Below are positions 36,186-48,900 of a stretch of 64,000 nt of DNA, in pieces. The DNA comes from the human T2T-CHM13v2.0 reference genome, Homo sapiens: assembly GCF_009914755.1 (NCBI RefSeq), contig NC_060932.1. One strand, written 5' to 3'. A model generated the notes under the pieces. That model saw only the letters and a program-made list of their open reading frames with translations. It was not told the DNA's origin and ran no database searches. Numbering within the stretch: the first letter of the stretch is position 1; every line of letters starts with the position of its first letter. The position numbers and the translations under genes are program-made.

Positions 36186-39100
36186 GTGGATATTTGGATA
36201 GATTTGAGGATTTCGTTGGAAACGGGATTATATATAAAAAGTAGACAGCAGCATTCTCAGAAACTTCTTTGTGATGTTTGCATCCAGCTCTCAGAGTTGA
36301 ACATTCCCTTTCATAGAGTAGGTTTGAAACCCTCTTTTTATAGTGTCTGGAAGCGGGCATTTGGAGCGCTTTCAGGCCTATGCTTAAAATAGGAAATATC
36401 TACCTACAGAAACTAGACAGAAGCATTCTGAGAATCACGTTTGTGATGTGGGTACTCAACTAACAGTGTTGATCCATTCTTTTGATACAGCAGTTTTGAA
36501 CCACACTTTTTGTAGAATCTGCAAGAGGATATTTGGATAGCTGTGAGGATTTCGTTGGAAACGGGAATGTCTTCAAAGAAAATCTAGACAGAAGCATTCT
36601 CAGAAACACCTTCGTGATGTTTGCAATCAAGTCACAGAGTTGAACCTTCCGTTTCATAGAGCAGGTTGGAAACACTCTTATTGTAGTATCTGGAAGTGGA
36701 CATTTGGAGCGCTTTCAGGCCTATGGTGAAAAAGGAAATATCTTCCCATAAAAACGACATAGAAGCTATCTCAGGAACTTGTTTATGATGCATCTAATCA
36801 ACTAACAGTGTTGAACCTTTTTACTGACAGAGCAGTTTGAAACACTCTTTTTTTGGAATCTGCAAGTGGATATTTGGATCGCTTTGAGGATTTCGTTGGA
36901 AACGGGATGCAATATAAAACGTACACAGCAGCATACTCAGAAAATACTTTGCCATATTTCCATTCAAGTCACAGAGTGGAACATTCCCATTCATAGAGCA
37001 GGTTGGAAACACTCTTTTTGGAGTATCTGGAAGTGGACATTTGGAGCGCTTTCTGAACTATGGTGAAAAAGGAAATATCTTCCAATGAAAACAAGACAGA
37101 AGCATTCTGAGAAACTTATTTGTGATGTGTGTCCTCAACAAACGGACTTGAACCTTTCGTTTCATGCAGTACTTCTGGAACACTCTTTTTGAAGATTCTG
37201 CATGCGGATATTTGGATAGCTTTGAGGATTTCGTTGGAAACGGGCTTACATGTAAAAATTAGACAGCAGCATTCTCAGAAACTTCTTTGTCGTGTCTGCA
37301 TTCAAGTCACAGAGTTGAACTTCCCCTCACATAGAGCAGTTGTGCAGCACTCTATTTGTAGTATCTGGAAGTGGACATTTGGAGGGCTTTGTAGCCTATC
37401 TGGAAAAAGGAAATATCTTCCCATGAATGCGAGATAGAAGTAATCTCAGAAACATGTTTATGCTGTATCTACTCAACTAACTGTGCTGAACATTTCTATT
37501 GATAGAGCAGTTTTGAGACACTCTTCTTTTGGAATCTGCAAGTGGATATTTGGATAGATTTGAGGATTTCGTTGGAAACGGGATTATATATAAAAAGTAG
37601 ACAGCAGCATTCTCAGAAACTTCTTTGTGATGTTTGCATCCAGCTCTCAGAGTTGAACATTCCCTTTCATAGAGTAGGTTTGAAACCCTCTTTTTATAGT
37701 GTCTGGAAGCGGGCATTTGGAGCGCTTTCAGGCCTATGCTTAAAATAGGAAATATCTACCTACAGAAACTAGACAGAAGCATTCTGAGAATCACGTTTGT
37801 GATGTGGGTACTCAACTAACAGTGTTGATCCATTCTTTTGATACAGCAGTTTTGAACCACACTTTTTGTAGAATCTGCAAGAGGATATTTGGATAGCTGT
37901 GAGGATTTCGTTGGAAACGGGAATGTCTTCAAAGAAAATCTAGACAGAAGCATTCTCAGAAACACCTTCGTGATGTTTGCAATCAAGTCACAGAGTTGAA
38001 CCTTCCGTTTCATAGAGCAGGTTGGAAACACTCTTATTGTAGTATCTGGAAGTGGACATTTGGAGCGCTTTCAGGCCTATGGTGAAAAAGGAAATATCTT
38101 CCCATAAAAACGACATAGAAGCTATCTCAGGAACTTGTTTATGATGCATCTAATCAACTAACAGTGTTGAACCTTTGTACTGACAGAGCAGTTTGAAACA
38201 CTCTTTTTTTGGAATCTGCAAGTGGATATTTGGATCGCTTTGAGGATTTCGTTGGAAACGGGATGCAATATAAAACGTACACAGCAGCATACTCAGAAAA
38301 TACTTTGCCATATTTCCATTCAAGTCACAGAGTGGAACATTCCCATTCATAGAGCAGGTTGGAAACACTCTTTTTGGAGTATCTGGAAGTGGACATTTGG
38401 AGCGCTTTCTGAACTATGGTGAAAAAGGAAATATCTTCCAATGAAAACAAGACAGAAGCATTCTGAGAAACTTATTTGTGATGTGTGTCCTCAACAAACG
38501 GACTTGAACCTTTCGTTTCATGCAGTACTTCTGGAACACTCTTTTTGAAGATTCTGCATGCGGATATTTGGATAGCTTTGAGGATTTCGTTGGAAACGGG
38601 CTTACATGTAAAAATTAGACAGCAGCATTCTCAGAAACTTCTTTGTGGTGTCTGCATTCAAGTCACAGAGTTGAACTTCCCCTCACATAGAGCAGTTGTG
38701 CAGCACTCTATTTGTAGTATCTGGAAGGGGACATTTGGAGGGCTTTGTAGCCTATCTGGAAAAAGGAAATATCTTCCCATGAATGCGAGATAGAAGTAAT
38801 CTCAGAAACATGTTTATGCTGTATCTACTCAACTAACTGTGCTGAACATTTCTATTGATAGAGCAGTTTTGAGACACTCTTCTTTTGGAATCTGCAAGTG
38901 GATATTTGGATAGATTTGAGGATTTCGTTGGAAACGGGATTATATATAAAAAGTAGACAGCAGCATTCTCAGAAACTTCTTTGTGATGTTTGCATCCAGC
39001 TCTCAGAGTTGAACATTCCCTTTCATAGAGTAGGTTTGAAACCCTCTTTTTATAGTGTCTGGAAGCGGGCATTTGGAGCGCTTTCAGGCCTATGCTTAAA

Positions 39101-42100
39101 ATAGGAAATATCTACCTACAGAAACTAGACAGAAGCATTCTGAGAATCACGTTTGTGATGTGGGTACTCAACTAACAGTGTTGATCCATTCTTTTGATAC
39201 AGCAGTTTTGAACCACACTTTTTGTAGAATCTGCAAGAGGATATTTGGATAGCTGTGAGGATTTCGTTGGAAACGGGAATGTCTTCAAAGAAAATCTAGA
39301 CAGAAGCATTCTCAGAAACACCTTCGTGATGTTTGCAATCAAGTCACAGAGTTGAACCTTCCGTTTCATAGAGCAGGTTGGAAACACTCTTATTGTAGTA
39401 TCTGGAAGTGGACATTTGGAGCGCTTTCAGGCCTATGGTGAAAAAGGAAATATCTTCCCATAAAAACGACATAGAAGCTATCTCAGGAACTTGTTTATGA
39501 TGCATCTAATCAACTAACAGTGTTGAACCTTTGTACTGACAGAGCAGTTTGAAACACTCTTTTTTTGGAATCTGCAAGTGGATATTTGGATCGCTTTGAG
39601 GATTTCGTTGGAAACGGGATGCAATATAAAACGTACACAGCAGCATACTCAGAAAATACTTTGCCATATTTCCATTCAAGTCACAGAGTGGAACATTCCC
39701 ATTCATAGAGCAGGTTGGAAACACTCTTTTTGGAGTATCTGGAAGTGGACATTTGGAGCGCTTTCTGAACTATGGTGAAAAAGGAAATATCTTCCAATGA
39801 AAACAAGACAGAAGCATTCTGAGAAACTTATTTGTGATGTGTGTCCTCAACAAACGGACTTGAACCTTTCGTTTCATGCAGTACTTCTGGAACACTCTTT
39901 TTGAAGATTCTGCATGCGGATATTTGGATAGCTTTGAGGATTTCGTTGGAAACGGGCTTACATGTAAAAATTAGACAGCAGCATTCTCAGAAACTTCTTT
40001 GTCGTGTCTGCATTCAAGTCACAGAGTTGAACTTCCCCTCACATAGAGCAGTTGTGCAGCACTCTATTTGTAGTATCTGGAAGTGGACATTTGGAGGGCT
40101 TTGTAGCCTATCTGGAAAAAGGAAATATCTTCCCATGAATGCGAGATAGAAGTAATCTCAGAAACATGTTTATGCTGTATCTACTCAACTAACTGTGCTG
40201 AACATTTCTATTGATAGAGCAGTTTTGAGACACTCTTCTTTTGGAATCTGCAAGTGGATATTTGGATAGATTTGAGGATTTCGTTGGAAACGGGATTATA
40301 TATAAAAAGTAGACAGCAGCATTCTCAGAAACTTCTTTGTGATGTTTGCATCCAGCTCTCAGAGTTGAACATTCCCTTTCATAGAGTAGGTTTGAAACCC
40401 TCTTTTTATAGTGTCTGGAAGCGGGCATTTGGAGCGCTTTCAGGCCTATGCTTAAAATAGGAAATATCTACCTACAGAAACTAGACAGAAGCATTCTGAG
40501 AATCACGTTTGTGATGTGGGTACTCAACTAACAGTGTTGATCCATTCTTTTGATACAGCAGTTTTGAACCACACTTTTTGTAGAATCTGCAAGAGGATAT
40601 TTGGATAGCTGTGAGGATTTCGTTGGAAACGGGAATGTCTTCAAAGAAAATCTAGACAGAAGCATTCTCAGAAACACCTTCGTGATGTTTGCAATCAAGT
40701 CACAGAGTTGAACCTTCCGTTTCATAGAGCAGGTTGGAAACACTCTTATTGTAGTATCTGGAAGTGGACATTTGGAGCGCTTTCAGGCCTATGGTGAAAA
40801 AGGAAATATCTTCCCATAAAAACGACATAGAAGCTATCTCAGGAACTTGTTTATGATGCATCTAATCAACTAACAGTGTTGAACCTTTGAACTGACAGAG
40901 CAGTTTGAAACACTGTTTTTTTGGAATCTGCAAGTGGATATTTGGATCGCTTTGAGGATTTCGTTGGAAACGGGATGCAATATAAAACGTACACAGCAGC
41001 ATACTCAGAAAATACTTTGCCATATTTCCATTCAAGTCACAGAGTGGAACATTCCCATTCATAGAGCAGGTTGGAAACACTCTTTTTGGAGTATCTGGAA
41101 GTGGACATTTGGAGCGCTTTCTGAACTATGGTGAAAAAGGAAATATCTTCCAATGAAAACAAGACAGAAGCATTCTGAGAAACTTATTTGTGATGTGTGT
41201 CCTCAACAAACGGACTTGAACCTTTCGTTTCATGCAGTACTTCTGGAACACTCTTTTTGAAGATTCTGCATGCGGATATTTGGATAGCTTTGAGGATTTC
41301 GTTGGAAACGGGCTTACATGTAAAAATTAGACAGCAGCATTCTCAGAAACTTCTTTGTGGTGTCTGCATTCAAGTCACAGAGTTGAACTTCCCCTCACAT
41401 AGAGCAGTTGTGCAGCACTCTATTTGTAGTATCTGGAAGGGGACATTTGGAGGGCTTTGTAGCCTATCTGGAAAAAGGAAATATCTTCCCATGAATGCGA
41501 GATAGAAGTAATCTCAGAAACATGTTTATGCTGTATCTACTCAACTAACTGTGCTGAACATTTCTATTGATAGAGCAGTTTTGAGACACTCTTCTTTTGG
41601 AATCTGCAAGTGGATATTTGGATAGATTTGAGGATTTCGTTGGAAACGGGATTATATATAAAAAGTAGACAGCAGCATTCTCAGAAACTTCTTTGTGATG
41701 TTTGCATCCAGCTCTCAGAGTTGAACATTCCCTTTCATAGAGTAGGTTTGAAACCCTCTTTTTATAGTGTCTGGAAGCGGGCATTTGGAGCGCTTTCAGG
41801 CCTATGCTTAAAATAGGAAATATCTACCTACAGAAACTAGACAGAAGCATTCTGAGAATCACGTTTGTGATGTGGGTACTCAACTAACAGTGTTGATCCA
41901 TTCTTTTGATACAGCAGTTTTGAACCACACTTTTTGTAGAATCTGCAAGAGGATATTTGGATAGCTGTGAGGATTTCGTTGGAAACGGGAATGTCTTCAA
42001 AGAAAATCTAGACAGAAGCATTCTCAGAAACACCTTCGTGATGTTTGCAATCAAGTCACAGAGTTGAACCTTCCGTTTCATAGAGCAGGTTGGAAACACT

Positions 42101-42965
42101 CTTATTGTAGTATCTGGAAGTGGACATTTGGAGCGCTTTCAGGCCTATGGTGAAAAAGGAAATATCTTCCCATAAAAACGACATAGAAGCTATCTCAGGA
42201 ACTTGTTTATGATGCATCTAATCAACTAACAGTGTTGAACCTTTGTACTGACAGAGCAGTTTGAAACACTCTTTTTTTGGAATCTGCAAGTGGATATTTG
42301 GATCGCTTTGAGGATTTCGTTGGAAACGGGATGCAATATAAAACGTACACAGCAGCATACTCAGAAAATACTTTGCCATATTTCCATTCAAGTCACAGAG
42401 TGGAACATTCCCATTCATAGAGCAGGTTGGAAACACTCTTTTTGGAGTATCTGGAAGTGGACATTTGGAGCGCTTTCTGAACTATGGTGAAAAAGGAAAT
42501 ATCTTCCAATGAAAACAAGACAGAAGCATTCTGAGAAACTTATTTGTGATGTGTGTCCTCAACAAACGGACTTGAACCTTTCGTTTCATGCAGTACTTCT
42601 GGAACACTCTTTTTGAAGATTCTGCATGCGGATATTTGGATAGCTTTGAGGATTTCGTGGGAAACGGGCTTACATGTAAAAATTAGACAGCAGCATTCTC
42701 AGAAACTTCTTTGTGGTGTCTGCATTCAAGTCACAGAATTGAACTTCCCCTCACATAGAGCAGTTGTGCAGCACTCTATTTGTAGTATCTCGAAGTGGAC
42801 ATTTGGAGGGCTTTGTAGCCTATCTGGAAAAAGGAAATATCTTCCCATGAATGCGAGATAGAAGTAATCTCAGAAACATGTTTATGCTGTATCTACTCAA
42901 CTAACTGTGCTGAACATTTCTATTGATAGAGCAGTTTTGAGACACTCTTCTTTTGGAATCTGCAA
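36186..42965 (+). repeat. Homogeneous run of five 8-mer HORs
   Basis: Anchors at 36186, 37542, 38898, 40254, 41610 and 42966 are all 1356 bp apart. Confidence 0.95.
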
Positions 42966-45900
42966 GTGGATATTTGGATAGATTTGAGGATTTCGTTGGA
43001 AACGGGATTATATATAAAAAGTAGACAGCAGCATTCTCAGAAACTTCTTTGTGATGTTTGCATCCAGCTCTCAGAGTTGAACATTCCCTTTCATAGAGTA
43101 GGTTTGAAACCCTCTTTTTATAGTGTCTGGAAGCGGGCATTTGGAGCGCTTTCAGGCCTATGCTGAAAAAGGAAATATCTACCTATAGAAACTAGACAGA
43201 AGCATTCTGAGAATCACGTTTGTGATGTGGGTACTCAACTAACAGTGTTGATCCATTCTTTTGATACAGCAGTTTTGAACCACACTTTTTGTAGAATCTG
43301 CAAGTGGATATTTGGATAGCTGTGAGGATTTCGTTGGAAACGGGAATGTCTTCATAGAAAATTTAGACAGAAGCATTCTCAGAACCTTGATTGTGATGTG
43401 TGTTCTCCACTAACAGAGTTGAACCTTTCTTTTGACAGAACTGTTCTGAAACATTCTTTTTATAGAATCTGGAAGTGGATATTTGGAAACCTTTGAGGAT
43501 TTCGTTGGAAACGGGAATATCTTCAAATCAAATCTAGCCAGAAGCATTCTAAGAAACATCTTAGGGATGTTTACATTCAAGTCACAGAGTTGAACATTCC
43601 CTTTCACAGAGCAGGTTTGAAACAATCTTCTCGTACTATCTGGCAGTGGACATTTTGAGCTCTTTGGGGCCTATGCTGAAAAAGGAAATATCTTCCGACA
43701 AAAACTAGACAGAAGCATTCGCAGAATCACGTTTGTGATGTGTGCACTCAACTGTCAGAATTGAACCTTGGATTGGACAGAGCACTTTTGAAACACTCTT
43801 TTTGTAGAATCTGCAGGTGGATATTTGGCTAGCTTTGAGGATTTCGTTGGAAACGGTAATGTCTTCAAAGAAAATCTAGACAGAAGCATTCTCAGAAACA
43901 CCTTCGTGATGTTTGCAATCAAGTCACAGAGTTGAACCTTCCGTTTCATAGAGCAGGTTGGAAACAATCTTTTTGTAGTATCTGGAAGTGGACATTTGGA
44001 GGGCTTTGTAGCCTATCTGGAAAAAGGAAATATCTTCCCATGAATGCGAGATAGAAGTAATCTCAGAAACATGTTTATGCTGTATCTACTCAACTAACTG
44101 TGCTGAACATTTCTATTGATAGAGCAGTTTTGAGACACTCTTCTTTTGGAATCTGCAAGTGGATATTTGGATAGATTTGAGGATTTCGTTGGAAACGGGA
44201 TTATATATAAAAAGTAGACAGCAGCATTCTCAGAAACTTCTTTGTGATGTTTGCATCCAGCTCTCAGAGTTGAACATTCCCTTTCATAGAGTAGGTTTGA
44301 AACCCTCTTTTTATAGTGTCTGGAAGCGGGCATTTGGAGCGCTTTCAGGCCTATGCTGAAAAAGGAAATATCTACCTATAGAAACTAGACAGAAGCATTC
44401 TGAGAATCACGTTTGTGATGTGGGTACTCAACTAACAGTGTTGATCCATTCTTTTGATACAGCAGTTTTGAACCACACTTTTTGTAGAATCTGCAAGTGG
44501 ATATTTGGATAGCTGTGAGGATTTCGTTGGAAACGGGAATGTCTTCATAGGAAATTTAGACAGAAGCATTCTCAGAACCTTGATTGTGATGTGTGTTCTC
44601 CACTAACAGAGTTGAACCTTTCTTTAGACAGAACTGTTGTGAAACATTCTTTTTATAGAATCTGGAAGTGGATATTTGGAAAGCTTTGAGGATTTCATTG
44701 GAAACGGGAATATCTTCAAATAAAATCTAGCCAGAAGCATTCTAAGAAACATCTTAGGGATGTTTACATTCAAGTCACAGAGTTGAACATTCCCTTTCAC
44801 AGAGCAGGTTTGAAACAATCTTCTCCTACTATCTGGCAGTGGACATTTTGAGCTCCTTGGGGCCTATGCTGAAAAAGGAAATATCTTCCGACAAAAACTA
44901 GACAGAAGCATTCGCAGAATCACGTTTGTGATGTGTGCACTCAACTGTCAGAATTGAACCTTGGTTTGGACAGAGCACTTTTGAAACACTCTTTTTGTAG
45001 AATCTGCAGGTGGATATTTGGCTAGCTTTGAGGATTTCGTTGGAAACGGTAATGTCTTCAAAGAAAATCTAGACAGAAGCATTCTCAGAAACACCTTCGT
45101 GATGTTTGCAATCAAGTCACAGAGTTGAACCTTCCGTTTCATAGAGCAGGTTGGAAACACTCTTTTTGTAGTATCTGGAAGTGGACATTTGGAGCGCTTT
45201 CAGGCCTATGGTGAAAAAGGAAATATCTTCCCATAAAAACGACATGGAAGCTATCTCAGGAACTTGTTTATGATGCATCTAATCAACTAACAGTGTTGAA
45301 CCTTTGTACTGACAGAGCAGTTTGAAACACTCTTTTTTTGGAATCTGCAAGTGGATATTTGGATCGCTTTGAGGATTTCGTTGGAAACGGGATGCAATGT
45401 AAAACGTACACAGCAGCATACTCAGAAAATACTTTGCCATATTTCCATTCAAGTCACAGAGTGGAACATTCCCATTCATAGAGCAGGTTGGAAACACTCT
45501 TTTTGGAGTATCTGGAAGTGGACATTTGGAGCGCTTTCTGAACTATGGTGAAAAAGGAAATATCTTCCAATGAAAACAAGACAGAAGCATTCTGAGAAAC
45601 TTATTTGTGATGTGTGTCCTCAACAAACGGACTTGAACCTTTCGTTTCATGCAGTACTTCTGGAACACTCTTTTTGAAGATTCTGCATGCGGATATTTGT
45701 ATAGCTTTGAGGATTTCGTTGGAAACGGGCTTACATGTAAAAATTAGACAGCAGCATTCTCAGAAACTTCTTTGTGGTGTCTGCATTCAAGTCACAGAAT
45801 TGAACATCCCCTCACATAGAGCAGTTGTGCAGCACTCTATTTGTAGTATCTGGAAGTGGACATTTGGAGGGCTTTGTAGCCTATCTGGAAAAAGGAAATA

Positions 45901-48900
45901 TCTTCCCATGAATGCGAGATAGAAGTAATCTCAGAAACATGTTTATGCTGTATCTACTCAACTAACTGTGCTGAACATTTCTATTGATAGAGCAGTTTTG
46001 AGACACTCTTCTTTTGGAATCTGCAAGTGGATATTTGGATAGATTTGAGGATTTCGTTGGAAACGGGATTATATATCAAAAGTAGACAGCAGCATTCTCA
46101 GAAACTTCTTTGTGATGTTTGCATCCAGCTCTCAGAGTTGAACATTCCCTTTCATAGAGTAGGTTTGAAACCCTCTTTTTATAGTGTCTGGAAGCGGGCA
46201 TTTGGAGCGCTTTCAGGCCTATGCTGAAAAAGGAAATATCTACCTATAGAAACTAGACAGAAGCATTCTGAGAATCACGTTTGTGATGTGGGTACTCAAC
46301 TAACAGTGTTGATCCATTCTTTTGATACAGCAGTTTTGAACCACACTTTTTGTAGAATCTGCAAGTGGATATTTGGATAGCTGTGAGGATTTCGTTGGAA
46401 ACGGGAATGTCTTCATAGAAAATTTAGACAGAAGCATTCTCAGAACCTTGATTGTGATGTGTGTTCTCCACTAACAGAGTTGCACCTTTCTTTTGACAGA
46501 ACTGTTCTGAAACATTCTTTTTATAGAATCTGGAAGTGGATATTTGGAAAGCTTTGAGGATTTCGTTGGAAACGGGAATATCTTCAAATCAAATCTAGCC
46601 AGAAGCATTCTAAGAAACATCTTAGGCATGTTTACATTCAAGTCACAGAGTTGAACATTCCCTTTCACAGAGCAGGTTTGAAACAATCTTCTCGTACTAT
46701 CTGGCAGTGGACATTTTGAGCTCCTTGGGGCCTATGCTGAAAAAGGAAATATCTTCCGACAAAAACTAGACAGAAGCATTCGCAGAATCACGTTTGTGAT
46801 GTGTGCACTCAACTGTCAGAATTGAACCTTGGTTTGGACAGAGCACTTTTGAAACACTCTTTTTGTAGAATCTGCAGGTGGATATTTGGCTAGCTTTGAG
46901 GATTTCGTTGGAAACGGTAATGTCTTCAAAGAAAATCTAGACAGAAGCATTCTCAGAAACACCTTCGTGATGTTTGCAATCAAGTCACAGAGTTGAACCT
47001 TCCGTTTCATAGAGCAGGTTGGAAACACTCTTTTTGTAGTATCTGGAAGTGGACATTTGGAGGGCTTTGTAGCCTATCTGGAAAAAGGAAATATCTTCCC
47101 ATGAATGCGAGATAGAAGTAATCTCAGAAACATGTTTATGCTGTATCTACTCAACTAACTGTGCTGAACACTTCTATTGATAGAGCAGTTTTGAGACACT
47201 CTTCTTTTGGAATCTGCAAGTGGATATTTGGATAGATTTGAGGATTTCGTTGGAAACGGGATTATATATCAAAAGTAGACAGCAGCATTCTCAGAAACTT
47301 CTTTGTGATGTTTGCATCCAGCTCTCAGAGTTGAACATTCCCTTTCATAGAGTAGGTTTGAAACCCTCTTTTTATAGTGTCTGGAAGCGGGCATTTGGAG
47401 CGCTTTCAGGCCTATGCTTAAAATAGGAAATATCTACCTACAGAAACTAGACAGAAGCATTCTGAGAATCACGTTTGTGATGTGGGTACTCAACTAACAG
47501 TGTTGATCCATTCTTTTGATACAGCAGTTTTGAACCACACTTTTTGTAGAATCTGCAAGAGGATATTTGGATAGCTGTGAGGATTTCGTTGGAAACGGGA
47601 ATGTCTTCAAAGAAAATCTAGACAGAAGCATTCTCAGAAACACCTTCGTGATGTTTGCAATCAAGTCACAGAGTTGAACCTTCCGTTTCATAGAGCAGGT
47701 TGGAAACACTCTTATTGTAGTATCTGGAAGTGGACATTTGGAGCGCTTTCAGGCCTATGGTGAAAAAGGAAATATCTTCCCATAAAAACGACATAGAAGC
47801 TATCTCAGGAAATTGTTTATGATGCATCTAATCAACTAACAGTGTTGAACCTTTGTACTGACAGAGCACTTTGAAACACTCTTTTTTTGGAATCTGCAAG
47901 TGGATATTTGGATCGCTTTGAGGATTTCGTTGGAAACGGGATGCAATATAAAACGTACACAGCAGCATACTCAGAAAATACTTTGCCATATTTCCATTCA
48001 AGTCACAGAGTGGAACATTCCCATTCATAGAGCAGGTTGGAAACACTCTTTTTGGAGTATCTGGAAGTGGACATTTGGAGCGCTTTCTGAACTATGGTGA
48101 AAAAGGAAATATCTTCCAATGAAAACAAGACAGAAGCATTCTGAGAAACTTATTTGTGATGTGTGTCCTCAACAAACGGACTTGAACCTTTCGTTTCATG
48201 CAGTACTTCTGGAACACTCTTTTTGAAGATTCTGCATTCGGATATTTGGATAGCTTTGAGGATTTCGTTGGAAACGGGCTTACATGTAAAAATTAGACAG
48301 CAGCATTCTCAGAAACTTCTTTGTGGTGTCTGCATTCAAGTCACAGAATTGAACTTCCCCTCACATAGAGCAGTTGTGCAGCACTCTATTTGTAGTATCT
48401 GGAAGTGGACATTTGGAGGGCTTTGTAGCCTATCTGGAAAAAGGAAATATCTTCCCATGAATGCGAGATAGAAGTAATCTCAGAAACATGTTTATGCTGT
48501 ATCTACTCAACTAACTGTGCTGAACATTTCTATTGATAGAGCAGTTTTGAGACCCTCTTCTTTTGGAATCTGCAAGTGGATATTTGGATAGATTTGAGGA
48601 TTTCGTTGGAAACGGGATTATATATAAAAAGTAGACAGCAGCATTCTCAGAAACTTCTTTGTGATGTTTGCATCCAGCTCTCAGAGTTGAACATTCCCTT
48701 TCATAGAGTAGGTTTGAAACCCTCTTTTTATAGTGTCTGGAAGCGGGCATTTGGAGCGCTTTCAGGCCTATGCTGAAAAAGGAAATATCTACATATAGAA
48801 ACTAGACAGAAGCATTCTGAGAATCACGTTTGTGATGTGGGTACTCAACTAACAGTGTTGATCCATTCTTTTGATACAGCAGTTTTGAACCACACTTTTT

